Assembly (NCBI RefSeq): GCF_006345805.1
Contig: NC_043018.1
Location: 10,850,001 to 10,914,000 of the forward strand
From: Octopus sinensis
Lineage: Eukaryota
DNA: 64,000 nt
Direction of reading: 5' to 3'
The stretch's first letter is position 1. Each line of letters opens with the position of its first letter. The translations under genes and the position numbers were made by a program. Below are positions 25,805 to 37,951 of the stretch, piece after piece. The notes under the pieces are model-generated. The model was given only the letters and a program-made list of their open reading frames with translations. It made no database searches and was not told the origin of the DNA.

Positions 25805-26462
25805 ATTTATTTTATTTGTTTCATTCATTAGACTGTGGCCACACTGAGGCACCATCTTGACAAATTTTAAATTGGACGGCTGGACCCTAGTATATATTTT
25901 TTAAAGCCTTATACATATTCTATCGGGCCCTTTTACCGAACCGCTAATTTTTAAAGGACATAAATACACCAGCACTGATAGTCAAGCTGTAGAAGGGGAT
26001 AAACACGCATGCACACACACATATACACGACGGGATTCTTTAAGTTTCCTTCTACCAAATGCAAAGTAGTGGGAGTGAACTCGGAGCCATGTAGTTGGGG
26101 GTTAAATTTCTTACCACACAGCCACGCCTATGCCTGGCTGTGTGCTAAGAAGTTTGCTCCCCGGCCACATGATGCAGGGTTCACTTTCACTGCGTGGCAT
26201 TTTGGAGAAGTGTCTTCTACTGTAGCCTCAGGCCGACCAATGCCTTTTCAGTGGATTTGGTAGACAGGAACTGAAAGAAGCTTGTCGTATATATATATAT
26301 ATGTATATATCTATATGTGTGTGTCTTTGTATCTGTGTTTGTCCCTCCACCATCGGTTGACAACTGGGGCTGGTGTGTTTATGTTCCTGCAACTTAGCGC
26401 TTCAGCAAATGAAACCAATGCTATAAGTACTCAGCTTTAAAAAAAATGTCCTGGGTTTGATT
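25805..26462. mobile_element. Two diverged SINE-A copies head-to-head (25805-26128 minus, 26132-26462 plus)
   Basis: Colinear with the A pattern; the heads abut. Confidence 0.8.
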
Positions 26463-26465
26463 TAA

Positions 26466-26805
26466 ATAATAATAATAATAATAATAATAATTGTGTACAG
26501 TGCTCAGGTGCACTACAACTCATCTAAAGTGTATATATAATCAGGTGTAGTTTCGACGGATTTCGGGAAGCATGAGGGCCTTAAACGATGCAGTGTCATG
26601 GCAGTCAACAACTGACGCAGGCAGTTTATTCCACGCTTCAGCAACCCTGAGCGTGAAAAAATGTTTCCGAAAGTCATGGGAGCTGTGCTGTTTTCTGACT
26701 TTGTAGGCATGTCCACGTGTGTTAGACACATGGAGATCAAAAAGGTGTTCAGTGTTGTTGTTGGTGAGGTGGTTGATAACCTTGTGGGTGTTTACCAAGT
26801 CCGTC
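26466..26805 (-). mobile_element. CR1/L2-type LINE 3' end, different family, (ATT)n tail
   Basis: Minus ORF ...TRGHAYKVRKQHSSHDFRKHFFTLRVAEAWNKLPASVV...SFK. Its tail GTGCACCTGAGCACTGTA recurs at about 35438-35460. Confidence 0.85.
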
Positions 26806-26883
26806 GCCAGACGCCGGAGCTTCGACTAAATCCCTTTATGGCGGTGCCCCAGCATTGCTGTAGTCAAATGACTGAAACATGCA

Positions 26884-26914
<31 letters not shown>

Positions 26915-27019
26915 TATATATGTATGTACATAATTCATGGTCACCTATGATATATATATATTTATCTATATATATATATATATATATATATACTTTTATA
27001 CACACACATACACATACAC

Positions 27020-27405
27020 ACGTGGCTGTGTGGTAAGTAGCTTGCTAACCAACCACATGGTTCCGGGGTCATTCTCACTACGTGGCACCTTGGGCAAGTG
27101 TCTTCTACCATAGCCTCTGGCCGACCACCGCCATGGTGATTTGGTAGATGGAAACTGAAAGAAGCCCATTGTGTATATGTATGTGTGTGTGTGTGTGTGT
27201 GTTTGCCCCTCCACCATTGCTTGGCAACTGATGTTGGTGTGTTCACGTCCCCATAACTTAGCGGTTCGGCAAAAAAGACCAACAGAATAAGTACTAGGCT
27301 TACAAAGAATAAGTCCTTGGGTCAATTTGGTCGACTAAAAGTGGTGCTCCAGCATTGCCGCAGTCAAATGTCTGAAACAAGTAAAAGAATAAAGGAATAA
27401 AAGAA
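27020..27405 (+). mobile_element. SINE-A, near full length
   Basis: Head, internal (TG)n, and a tail with AAAAGAAT repeats. Confidence 0.88.
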
Positions 27406-27418
27406 TATATATATATAT

Positions 27419-27990
27419 GATTGATTCTAGTTTCAGCTTATGAGCTGTGGCCATGCTGGGGCACCGCCATTTGAAAGAGTACAGCAGGGATCACCACCAT
27501 CCCCTGCCGGAGCCTCGTGGAGCTTTAGGTGTTTTCGCTCAATAAACACTCACAACGCCCGGTCTGGGAATCGAAACCGCGATCCTATGACCACAAGTCC
27601 GCTGCCCTAACCACTGGGCCATTGCGCCTCCACATATATATATATATATACACGAATAATATATATATATATTATATATATACAAATAATATATATATAT
27701 ATATGATTGATTCTAGTTTCAGCTTATGAGCTGTGGCCATGCTGGGGCACCGCCATTTGAAAGAGTACAGCAGGGATCACCACCATCCCCTGCCGGAGCC
27801 TCGTGGAGCTTTAGGTGTTTTCGCTCAATAAACACTCACAACGCCCGGTCTGGGAATCGAAACCGCGATCCTATGACCACAAGTCCGCTGCCCTAACCAC
27901 TGGGCCATTGCGCCTCCACATATATATATATATATACACGAATAATATATATATATATTATATATATACAAATAATATATATATATATAT
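27419..27990 (-). repeat. Perfect 286-bp tandem duplication, each unit containing a short SINE-C with tail type e
   Basis: Units start at 27419 and 27705, and the ORF track shows identical ORFs 286 bp apart. The same head/tail junction occurs at 14400-14615. Confidence 0.92.
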
Positions 27991-28121
27991 TATATTAAAT
28001 TAGAGATAAAACCACTATTAGGCAAATCATACAATGAAAAACTTAAGCCAATACATAAGATTAATTAATTTATATTATTTAAATATATAACAAAATTATT
28101 AAAAAAATATAATTAATATAA

Positions 28122-28185
28122 CACTACGATCGTTTCATGGCTGTTAATTTCTTTAAATTTTCGAGTTACAGTCATTCATCAGGTG
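28122..28185 (-). ncRNA. Minimal type I hammerhead ribozyme motif (canonical core, mirror copy)
   Basis: Minus strand reads CAC-CTGATGA-ATGACTGT...ACAGCCAT-GAAA-CGATCG-TA-GTG. It is identical to the plus copy except at core position 7 (T vs A). Confidence 0.85.
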
Positions 28186-28235
28186 GTTTAAATATTTAAC
28201 TTGGCGATAAACCTCGCCAAGTTAAATATTTAAAC

Positions 28236-28299
28236 CACCTGAAGAATGACTGTAACTCGAAAATTTAAAGAAATTAACAGCCATGAAACGATCGTAGTG
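28236..28299 (+). ncRNA. Minimal type I hammerhead ribozyme motif (canonical core)
   Basis: Stem I CAC (28236-38)/GTG (28297-99); core CTGAAGA (28239-45); stem II ATGACTGT/ACAGCCAT (one A.C mismatch); GAAA (28285-88); palindromic stem III ACGATCGT; GUA cleavage triplet, predicted cut after 28296. Confidence 0.85.
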
Positions 28300-28512
28300 T
28301 TATATTAATTATATTTTTTTAATAATTTTGTTATATATTTAAATAATATAAATTAATTAATTTTATGTATTGGCTTAAGTTTTTCATTGTATGATTTGCC
28401 TAATAGTGGTTTTATCTCTAATTTAATATAATATAATATTTTACTATGAAATTGGATTCAATCCTAAATCTGATTTTTCCCTGTAAGTTTGGATTTATTC
28501 CCTAATATTTAT

Positions 28513-28543
<31 letters not shown>

Positions 28544-29454
28544 CGTATATATTCCATAGGTGACGTTTAATTTCATTTCATTGACAGTTAACGCTGATTG
28601 TTTTTCGCTTTCACATTCTCATCTTTAACCGAAAGCCTTTGTTTATTTCTTTCACTTTATGGGTCATAAACTGAAAGATTACCGCCATCTGGATTGCTCT
28701 ATTTCTATGACTTTATATTTAGAATAGCTTCTTCATATCCTTGAGATATATATATTGTCGTCCTTTGAAACTGATATGCCAGTTAGAAACCGTTTCTTTC
28801 TTTACCTGATGATATTTTGGCAATATTTCTGGACAATTAGCTTTAAACTGCCAGAGTGGTGAATAATCATTATTCACTTCCAGTTTCTTCAGTGCTGTCA
28901 ACTAATACGCCACGCAGAGCTTTTTCTTGCCAACATCTCGACATATTTATTTTGTTATTCCATTTTCTCAGTACAATTATTAGTTCTCTTCATAATTTCT
29001 GTTCTTCTTTCTTCCTTTCTCTTCACAACTGTCTGTTACTCTTGCTTCTATTCTATATTTTTTGGCTTCGTTGAAGACAAAAAGCAATTCTTTGTTTTGC
29101 TTAATACTTTTTTTTTAGCTTTTTCTATTAGATATTCCTTATGGTATGTTTTTGTAATCCTACAATAAATATTTCATAATGCTTTTTTACTTGCAAAAAA
29201 CCTCCTATCTACTTACATCTGCGTACTTAAAGTAAATATATTCTTTCTATATTCGTATTCAGGTGGTGTATTCCAAATATACTCATTATTTTCCATGTTT
29301 CTCTACCTAATATCACTAATTCGATTGCCAGTCGAAAATTCTATATACTAAACCAAGGATACTGTAGTCATCTCTGCCCATAAAGTTATGGTTTTGGTGT
29401 ACCCCAGTCAGATGGTGGCACTTTGACCCTGTATCAATTTCTATTGTATAATAT

Positions 29455-29865
29455 ATCATCATCATCATCGTTTAATGTCCGCTTTCCATGCTAGCATGGG
29501 TTGGACGATTTGACTAAGATCTGATGAACCAGATGGCTGAACCAGGCTTCAATCTTGATCTGGCAGAGTTTCTACAGCTAGATGCCCTTCCTAACGCCAA
29601 CCACTCCGAGAGTGTAGTGGATGCTTTTACATGCCACCAGCACGAGGGCCAGTTTGGTGGTACTGGCAACGGCCACACTCAAATGGTGCTTTTTATGTGC
29701 CACCTGCACAGGAGCCAGTCCAGCGGCACTGGCAACGAGACCTCACTTGACTGTTTTTTTCACGTGCCACCAGCACAAGTGCCAGTAAAGCTACACAGGT
29801 AACGATCACGCTCGAATGGTGCTTTTTATGTGCCACCTGCACGGAAGCCAGTTTGTTGCTCTGGC
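29455..29865 (-). mobile_element. SINE-like family D, four diverged 5' units of about 66 bp
   Basis: TGCCACC(A/T)GCAC at about 29632, 29698, 29765 and 29831. Confidence 0.8.
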
Positions 29866-30028
29866 AATTCTTTAAAACAAACTATACTGCAGTGGTTACC
29901 ATGAGAGAAATTATCATATTGGCTTTTGGTGTAAAATGCATTCTTATTTATATCGCCAGTGGGGAGATGAATTCCCGCCACCTCCGACACCACCAGGTTA
30001 CCTGATTAATTTACATATATACACACTG

Positions 30029-30530
30029 AGCACAATGGCCCAGTGGTTAGGGCAGCGGACTCGTGGTCGTAGGATCGCGGTTTCGATTCCCAGACTGGGC
30101 ATTGTGAGTGTTTATTGAGTGAAAACACCTAAAGCTCCACAAGGCTCTGGCAGGGGATGGTGGCGATCCCTGCTGTACTCTTTCACCACAACTTTCTCTC
30201 ACTGTTTCTTCCTGTTTCTGTTGTACCTGTATTTCAAAGGGCCAGCCTTGTCACTGTCTGTGTCACACTGAATCTCCCTGAGAACTACGTTAAGGGTGCA
30301 CGTGTCTGTGGAGTGCTCAGCCACTTGCATGTTAATAAATGAGCTGTGATGTCACTGGTGCCAAGCTGTATCAGGCTTTGATTTCCCTTGGATAACACTG
30401 GTGGTGTGGAGAGGGGAAGCTGGTATGCATGGGCTACTGTTGGTCTTCCATAAACAACCTTGCCCAGACTTGTGCCTCGGAGGGTAACTTTCTAGGTACA
30501 ATCCCATGGTCATTCATGACCGAAGGGGGC
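30029..30530 (+). mobile_element. SINE-C with truncated tail b, followed directly by tail type d
   Basis: Tail d (GTCACTGGTGCCAAG...CATGACCGAAGGG) also occurs at about 37445-37635. Confidence 0.8.
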
Positions 30531-30796
30531 CACAAATACACACACACACACATCCATTTACAGACGATGGGTTGGAGCAGCTGTAATCTACGTGTGGCTT
30601 TACGGTTTGGGCATTCAGCCCACGATCGGAAGGTAGGGACGGATTCTTGGTGACGCATTGTGCCATTGATCAAGACCCTTTATTTCATGTTGCTCCATTT
30701 CACCCAGCTGACCAAAAAACGAGAAGCATCTGTATTTGAAAGGGCCAGCCTTGTCACATTCTGTTCCACGCTGAATCTCCCTCAGAGCTACGTTAA

Positions 30797-31012
30797 CCCT
30801 TTAGCATTTAAACCGGCCATATCCGGCCAAAAGTATTCTACCTGTTTTATGTTCACACTAGTCAGATCTGGTCTCTCACACCAACCCTACAATATCGTTT
30901 TAAAAATTAACATCTATCAAAATCTCATAGCTACAAGATAATGCATAATTAGCTCAAAACAATGTGGATAAAAAAGCATTAGTTTTGGCAGAATAATGCA
31001 AACACTAAAGGG
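30797..31012. mobile_element. piggyBac-type MITE inserted in a SINE tail
   Basis: TTAA|CCCTTTAG...CTAAAGGG|TTAA; the host SINE sequence cgTTAAgggt is split at the TTAA. Confidence 0.85.
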
Positions 31013-32343
31013 TTAAGGGTATGTGTGTTTCTGAAGTGCTGAACTACATGTACGTTAGTTTCACAAGAAGTCTCTTCTGTTGATCGGATCAGCTGGAACC
31101 TTCGTTGGTGTAACCCATGCTGTGCCAGTCCAGTCTATCGAACTGAACATAGCAAATACTTCATGCTGAGCATCGGTTGGATAAAATACACAATTGGAGA
31201 CCACTGACCAGAGCTATCTTAGCACTCTTATGGGCCTCTAGCCAGATCAATACACTGGGCCCTATAGAATTTATTTATTTATTGACGGCAAGCCGCAGCC
31301 TATGAGGTTGTGAGGCCCCTGAGCAAGTACCCAATGTACTCATGCCTTAAGACAGCACTACTACTGACAAAATTTGAACTCGTTCACTAATCAACGAAAA
31401 TAATTACTGCATTAATATAATCAATCTTTAAGGCGGTGAGTTGGCAGAAACGTTAGCATGCCGGGCGAAATGCTAAGCGGTATTTCTGAGTTCAAATTCC
31501 GCCAAGGTCGACTTTGCCTTTCATCCTTTCGGGGTCAATAAATTAAGTACCAGTTACACACTGGGTTCGATATAATCCACTTAATCTGTTTGTCTGTCCT
31601 TGTTTGTCCTCTCTGTGTTTAGCCCCTTGTGGGTAATAAAGAAAGAGGTATTTTGCCCATCGCTACGTTCTGAGTTCAAATTTTGCTGATGCCAACTTTG
31701 CCTTTCATCCTTTGGGGGTCGATAAATTAATTACCAGTGAATTACTGGGGGTCGATATAATTGACTAGTCCCCTTCTCCTTGTGTCTATAGTAGAAAGGA
31801 TATTTGTAGAGGGCACTTTTTAGAAAATTATTTTCCTGTATTGTATGGGTTGGAAGCTTGCTTTGCAATCATATAGCTCTGGGCCCCTTGCGCAAGTGTC
31901 TTCTGCTAAAACCCTGGCTGACCAATGCTTTATGAGTAGACAGAAACTGTGTGGCAAGATGGCAGAAACATTAGCACGCCAGGCGAAATGCTTGGCGGTA
32001 TTTCATGTGCTGTTACATTCTGTGTTCAAATTCCACTGAGGTCGACTTTACCTTTCATCCTTTCAGGGTCAATTAAATAAGTACCAGTTATGCACTGGAG
32101 ACGATGTAATCGACTTAATCCCTTTGTCTGTCCCCTCTGTGTTTAGCCCCTTGTGGGCAGTAAAGAAATGAAAAGAAGAAAGAAGAAACTGTGTGGAAGT
32201 GCGAGGCTATAGTAGAAGACATTTGCCCAAGGTGCCGCGCAGTGGGACTGAACCTGGAACCATGTGACTGCAAAGCGAGCTTCTTAACCGCATCCTTACT
32301 TGTTTGTTTGTTTGCTACATGCTCTTTCTTGACGGGGTGGGAG

Positions 32344-32540
32344 TCATCCCAGATTAGGAATCCTAGGGACACCATCATGCGTAGAGTTGACCAAGTCCAC
32401 CACTGCTCTCGATCGCTGGCAGTCCTGTGCCAGCTCTGCTGCATCATCTAAGGTGGCGTCAATCCTTGGGAGATCTTCCCTAAAGATATTATGCCATCTG
32501 GTGTGGGGTCTGTCGCAAGGCCTCTTCCAGCCCACAACTG
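32344..32540 (-). mobile_element. Old RTE-type LINE 3' fragment
   Basis: GWKRPCDRPHTRWHNIFREDL...DAAELAQDCQRSRAVV is a decayed version of the RTE G-KRP-GRP-TRW...AQDR--WR motif. Confidence 0.7.
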
Positions 32541-32629
32541 AGAGTTATGTCGTGTGAGAATTTTGATATTCTGTCTTGGTTCATATTTAAATAAATATAC
32601 ATTATAGTTTTATTATTTCATTTATTATT

Positions 32630-32834
32630 TTATTATTATTTGTTTCAGTCATTTGACTAGGACCATGCTGGAGCACCACCTTAATGGGTTTTAGTTGAGG
32701 AAATCGACCCCAGGACTTATTCTACCGGTCTCTTTTGCCGAACAGCTAAGTTACAGTAACGTAAACACACCAGCACTGGTTGTCAAGCAGAGTAGGGGGG
32801 ACAAACATAGACACAAAGATGCAGACACACACAC

Positions 32835-32887
<53 letters not shown>

Positions 32888-33120
32888 GATAGATAGATAA
32901 TAGATAGATAGATAGATAGATAGATAGTTAGATAGATACATACATACACACATATATACAACGAGCTTTCAGTTTCAGTCAACCAAATCCACTCACAAAG
33001 CTTTGGTCAGCCCGGAGCTATTGTAGAAGACACTTACCCAAGGTCCCATGCTGTGGGACTGAACCCAGACCTAAGTAGTTGGGACCTATGTAGTTCTTAC
33101 CACACAGCCATGCCTGTGCC
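32630..33120 (-). mobile_element. SINE-A, diverged, with expanded internal TA/TAGA tract
   Basis: Both halves are colinear with the A pattern. Confidence 0.82.
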
Positions 33121-33156
33121 TGCTTCATTAGTCGGCAGAAGTCCTGGGCACCAATA

Positions 33157-33344
33157 CAGTGGTCCCAATGCATCTACGTAAGGTAATCTAGTTTTACCAA
33201 AATTGCTGTTGAAGTTTTAGGGCTAGGATTAATTTAAGGGTTAGTTTTTGGGGTTAGGGTCAGGGTTATGTGAAGTCACAGTAGTTTTGATAAAACTAGA
33301 TTACCTCCTCTTTATATTGTTACGTAGATGCATCGGGACCTCTG
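33157..33344. mobile_element. Tc1/mariner-type MITE with telomere-like interior
   Basis: TA|CAGTGGTCCCAATGCATCTACGTAA...TTACGTAGATGCATCGGGACCTCTG|TA, inner inverted GGTAATCTAGTTTT, and a degenerate TTAGGG run at about 33215-33267. Confidence 0.7.
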
Positions 33345-33455
33345 TATTTAAGCAGTACCAAGTTACGGAGTGCCTCAAGAAGCGAGGGTTTCATACATTG
33401 ACACCCTCACTTCTCAAACTTCTGATATAAAAGTAGTTATAATTGAAATAAACAC

Positions 33456-33873
33456 AGATCTTTTCGGTTTGAACGGCAGTTTTTTCTAGCGGTGTCATAT
33501 GAAATTGTCACCCATAATTATGACCCTAGTATTGATCTATTGCATTTCAATCTGTTTTAGGGTTAGGGTTAGGGGTTGGGGAAGGGTATCTTTTTTTCTT
33601 CACAAATGTAAATAAACCCAATCTGTTTCTTAAACGAGGGACATGTTCATACGGCACAGAATGTTGTTCATCTTAATAGACGTCAGTGATTGGTTGAAAT
33701 TGCAGAAATTGAAGAAAAAAAAACAACAAATATCTTACAAACTATAGAATTTTCTCAATAAAGCCAAGAGAAAAAGATGTTTTATAAACACATTCTACCA
33801 GTATACGAAGTTTAAAAGTGTTTAGTTACGTGGAAATTATTTTAAAAAACTGCCGTTCAAACCGAAAAGATCC
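33456..33873 (-). mobile_element. Merlin-like MITE M1, copy 4
   Basis: Both TIRs present (first G reads A); no clear TSD. Confidence 0.9.
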
Positions 33874-34176
33874 CTCAAAACTGTATCTAAAAGCCAGGGT
33901 ATTTTAATCGCCATTATTCTATCAACAAAAGCCGAAAGATCTATTTCCGGTTAGCATGCAGGAAACAAAAAGTTAAAAATTACACACACATACACACACA
34001 CATGATCCATTGGTGTTGTTATATCTATGAACATTCTTTTAATTTCCAACAGATGTCTACTTAGCCATCATTAGATTTCCCTATAATTTTTCTTAGTTGA
34101 TGGAAGATTTTATGAATTGCTTGACGGCTGTTTGCCTTAATTTAATTTGTCTGAAAACTATTCTGGGCGTGGAGGG

Positions 34177-34217
<41 letters not shown>

Positions 34218-34274
34218 TACACACAAAAATGACCCATTAAAAATTTTTGTTAATGATTGTAGATGCTTTGATGA

Positions 34275-35410
34275 AGAAGGTGGAGGAGGAGGAGGAGAAG
34301 AGGAAGAAGGTGATGATGGTGGTGATGATGGAGATGATGGAGATGATGGAGATGATGGAAATGGAGATGATGATGATGATGGAGATGATGATGATGATGA
34401 TGAAGATGATGATGAAGAGGAGGAAGATGATGATGATGAAAAGGAGGAGGAGGAGGAGGAAGAAGAAGAAGAGGAGGAGGAGGAGGAGGAGGAAGAAGAA
34501 GAAGAGGAGGAGGAAGAAGAAGAAGAGGGGAGGAGGAGGAAGAAGTAGAAGAAGAGGAGGAGGAAGAAGTAGAAGAGGAGGAGGAGGAGGGGGAGGAACA
34601 AGAAGAAGAAGAAGAGGAGGAGAAGGAGGGGGAGGAAGAAGAAGAAGAAGAAGAAGAAGAAGAAGAAGAAGAGGAGGAGGAAGAAGATGATGAAGAACCA
34701 AAATGCTGGCTGAAGAATTTGGAACTCTTTAAGTACATCATTTCGTAACTAGTAGGAATACGGAAATAACATGAAGAATGCTGAGCTACTTTAACCGCCA
34801 GAACACATTAATAATGGTTGCAGCCATTTTGATATGTTTTTATATTAAGAAAATAAATCTCCCAAATTTCGGATGTTTTTCTAAATATAGTTTAACTCGT
34901 AAACATCCGGGAAGGTTCATCGCTACCATTTTCTCTCTCTCTTTCTCTCTCTCTTTCCCTCTCTTTTTCTTTCTCTCTATCAAACTCACTCCCTCTCACT
35001 TTCACTTTTCTCTTTCTCTCTCTTTATTGATCTTCCTCCTCCCTATATCTCCCTTTTTCTCTTTCCTTCTCCCTCTTTCTCTTCTATTCCTCTCTCTCCA
35101 TCCTCCTTTCTCCCGATCCTCCCTCCCCCTCTCTCTATCTCTCCTGATTCCCTTCCCTCTTTCTCCCAATCCTCACTCCCTCTCTCTCCTTTCCCCTTCC
35201 TTCCCTCTCCCTCTCCCTTTTTCCTACCTCTCTCCCTCCTTTTCTCTCGCTCTCTAGTCCTCCCTGTCCCACCTTCCCCCCGTTTCCTTTCCTCACTTTC
35301 TCCCTCCCTCTCTCTCCTTCTCTGCTTCCTTCCCGCTCACTCTCCCTCCTCTTCTCCCTGCCTTCCTAACTCTCTCTTCTTGTATCTCCCCACGTCTTCT
35401 CTCTCTCTCT
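34275..35410. repeat. (GAT/GGA/GAA)n tract 34275-34695 and CT-rich tract 34930-35410
   Basis: Direct inspection. Confidence 0.95.
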
Positions 35411-35723
35411 TTAATAAATGCGTATCAACAATTGTGGTGCACCTGAGCACTGTATACAATAATTTCATTATATTTATATTATATGATATTGTCAGGCATA
35501 GCATGCCATATCAAACTGAAATACTAAAACCCAGTTAATATCAGTGGCCTCAATAAAGAAGTAATCTATATTGACCAATCATAAACATCTGTAAATCTCA
35601 ATTGACCATTCGAAAGCATCTTTAAATATCTTCTATGGCAAATCTCAAAGTCTATCATATGTTAGAATTAGTTTCACCATTGCTATTATTTTACGACAGA
35701 ATTATTTGAAAGAAAGTTGATTT

Positions 35724-36130
35724 GGATCTTTTTGGTTTGAACGGCAGTTTTTAACATAATTTCTAGGTAACAAAAAATTTTAAACTTCCTATACTGGTAG
35801 AATGTGTTTATAAAACGTCTTTTTCTCTTGGCTTTCTTAAGAAAATTCTGTAGTTTGTAACATATTTCGTCTTTAATTTCTTGCATTTCGGCAATTTTAA
35901 CCAATCACTGGCATCTATTGAGTTAAAAAGCATTCTGTGCCGTATGTATATGTTCTTCGTTTAAGAAACAGATTGGGTTTATTTACATTTGTGAAGAAAA
36001 AATGATACCCTCCCCCCACCCCTAACCCTACCTAACCCTAAATCTAAAAGAGATTGAAATGCAATAGATCGATACTAGGGTCATAATTATGGGTGACAAT
36101 TTCATATGACCCCGCTAGAAAAAATGGCAG
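35724..36130 (+). mobile_element. Merlin-like MITE M1, copy 5 (right TIR lost)
   Basis: The left TIR and body match M1; the right end runs into a SINE tail at about 36131. Confidence 0.85.
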
Positions 36131-36539
36131 TTAAGGGTACACATGTCAGTGGAGTGCTGATCGGGCTGTTCTGTTGATTGGATGAACTGGAACAATCATT
36201 GTCGTAAGCGACGGAGTCCCAGTACCAATTAATGTCGCTAGGACTGCATTATCTAATATGTCTTTCCTTCAGGCATGTGCCGTCAGTAATTACTCTGGGC
36301 AGGCTGTTGGTGACACACAAAATTAAGCGAAACACAAGCACACGACTGAGTTGAAGGCAGATTTACTGCTGCCTTTATAGTATGTAAAGAAAACAGTGTT
36401 GTAGGAGTGTACGCAGCATGTGTGTTACAAGAGTATTATGCATAGCTTAAATACTGAGACTGAAAAGCAGGGTTGAATTATGCCTACCTAATATACAAAA
36501 CAATAAAATATTTTGCATTTTATGCATAGTAATCAGAGT

Positions 36540-36948
36540 AACTCTTTACTCTCTTTTACTTGTTTCAGTCATTTGACTGCGGCCATGCTGGAGCACCGCC
36601 TTTGGTCAAGCAACTAGACCCTGGGACTTATTCTTTTGTAAGCCCAGTACTTATTCTATCGGTCTCTTTTGCCGAACCGCTAAGTAACGGGGGCATAAAC
36701 ACACCAGCATGGGTTGTCAAGCAATGCTAGGGGGACAAACACAGACACACAAACACAGACACGCATATATACATATGCATATATACGATGGGCTTCTTTC
36801 AGTTTCCATCTACCAAATCCACTCACAAGGCTTTGGTCGGCCCAAGGCTATAGTAGAAGACACTTGCCCAAGGTGCCACGCAGTAGGACTGAACCCAGAA
36901 CCATGTGGTTGGTAAACAAGCTACTTACCACACAGCCACTCCTGCGCC
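36540..36948 (-). mobile_element. SINE-A, full length
   Basis: Colinear with the other A copies. Confidence 0.92.
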
Positions 36949-37311
36949 TTCATAATTTTATTGAATTAGGTACATATTTTGCCATAACAGAAAAATGTTA
37001 CTATCGATCTATTTTATTCAAGGTAGGCACATCCCTGCTTTCCTTGTTCAAGATGTTGCTGTTTAGCTTTAGGTCAACCTTGATGTAGCACAACTACTGA
37101 TCAGTGGCGTTCCAGTTATGACCATCAAGCCTTGTGTTCAGAAATACTGCATCTAGGATTACATTATTTAACATGATTTGCCTTCCTTGATGGTGTTCAT
37201 CCCTCGGTCCGGTCAGCCATGATCTGCAGACCAATGAGCAAAGTGTTCCAGCCATGATCATAATTTCACTATTTTATAACGGTAAACTGTATTTTAACCC
37301 TTATTTAATAT

Positions 37312-37640
37312 TTTAGCTCCGTAGTTAGAGCGTCAGGCTCACAGTCATGAGGTAGTGAGTTCAATTCTCGGACCGGGCTGTGTGTTGTGTTCTTGAGTGA
37401 GACACTTTATTTCATGTTGCTTCAATTCATTCAACGAAATGAGTTGCGACATCACTGGTGCCAAGTTGTATCGGCCTTTGCTTTTTGTCTTGGATAAGAT
37501 TGGTGGCATCGAGAGGGGAGACCGGTATGCATGGCTGACTGCTGGTCTTCCATAAACAACCTTGCCTGGACTTGGGCCTTGGAGAGGAACTTTCTATGTG
37601 CAATCCCATGGTCATTCATGACCGAAGGGAGTCTTTACCC
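37312..37640 (+). mobile_element. tRNA-head, CORE-like SINE with tail type d
   Basis: Central TTCTTGAG...ACACTTTATTTCATGTTG as in 45815-46143, but with a different tail. Confidence 0.75.
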
Positions 37641-37951
37641 TTTAATGCTTCTTTCATCACTACTTAGGCAAATATGGTGAAGATTATGTTTCGTCGATGA
37701 GATCAGAATAATATGAAACATCTACGGAGTTATCTCCCCTACTTCGCTTTTTTAATACTCCATGAATTAATTATGTTAAACATTAACATTTTTGTTGTTT
37801 GTCTTCACAATTTTTTTTCACACCAATAATGTCTCTGAATTATTTAACTTCTAAACAATTCTGTTTTCATACACAAATGCACACCCGCAGTTAATGGAGA
37901 CGATTGACAAGTTCAGCCCGTACCTCCATGTAAACTAACAAACGCGATTTC

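Larger units (their letters stand above)
27986..28511. mobile_element. Penelope-like (PLE) non-autonomous end element as a head-to-head inverted repeat (family P1)
   Basis: Arms 27986-28207 and 28214-28435 are reverse complements (222 bp, 2 mismatches seen) around a 6-nt loop TAAACC. The plus copy has an extra AT-rich tail to about 28511. Each arm carries a hammerhead motif and the element sits in (TA)n. The PLE assignment is inferred from the known association of minimal hammerheads and inverted pLTRs with PLEs. Confidence 0.8.

Noticed and set aside
33410-33900. Long TSD around M1 copy 4 (CTCAAACTTCTGATATAAAAG versus CTCAAAACTGTATCTAAAAG)
   Set aside because: Similarity is short, gapped and AT-rich and does not extend to the TIR; probably chance.
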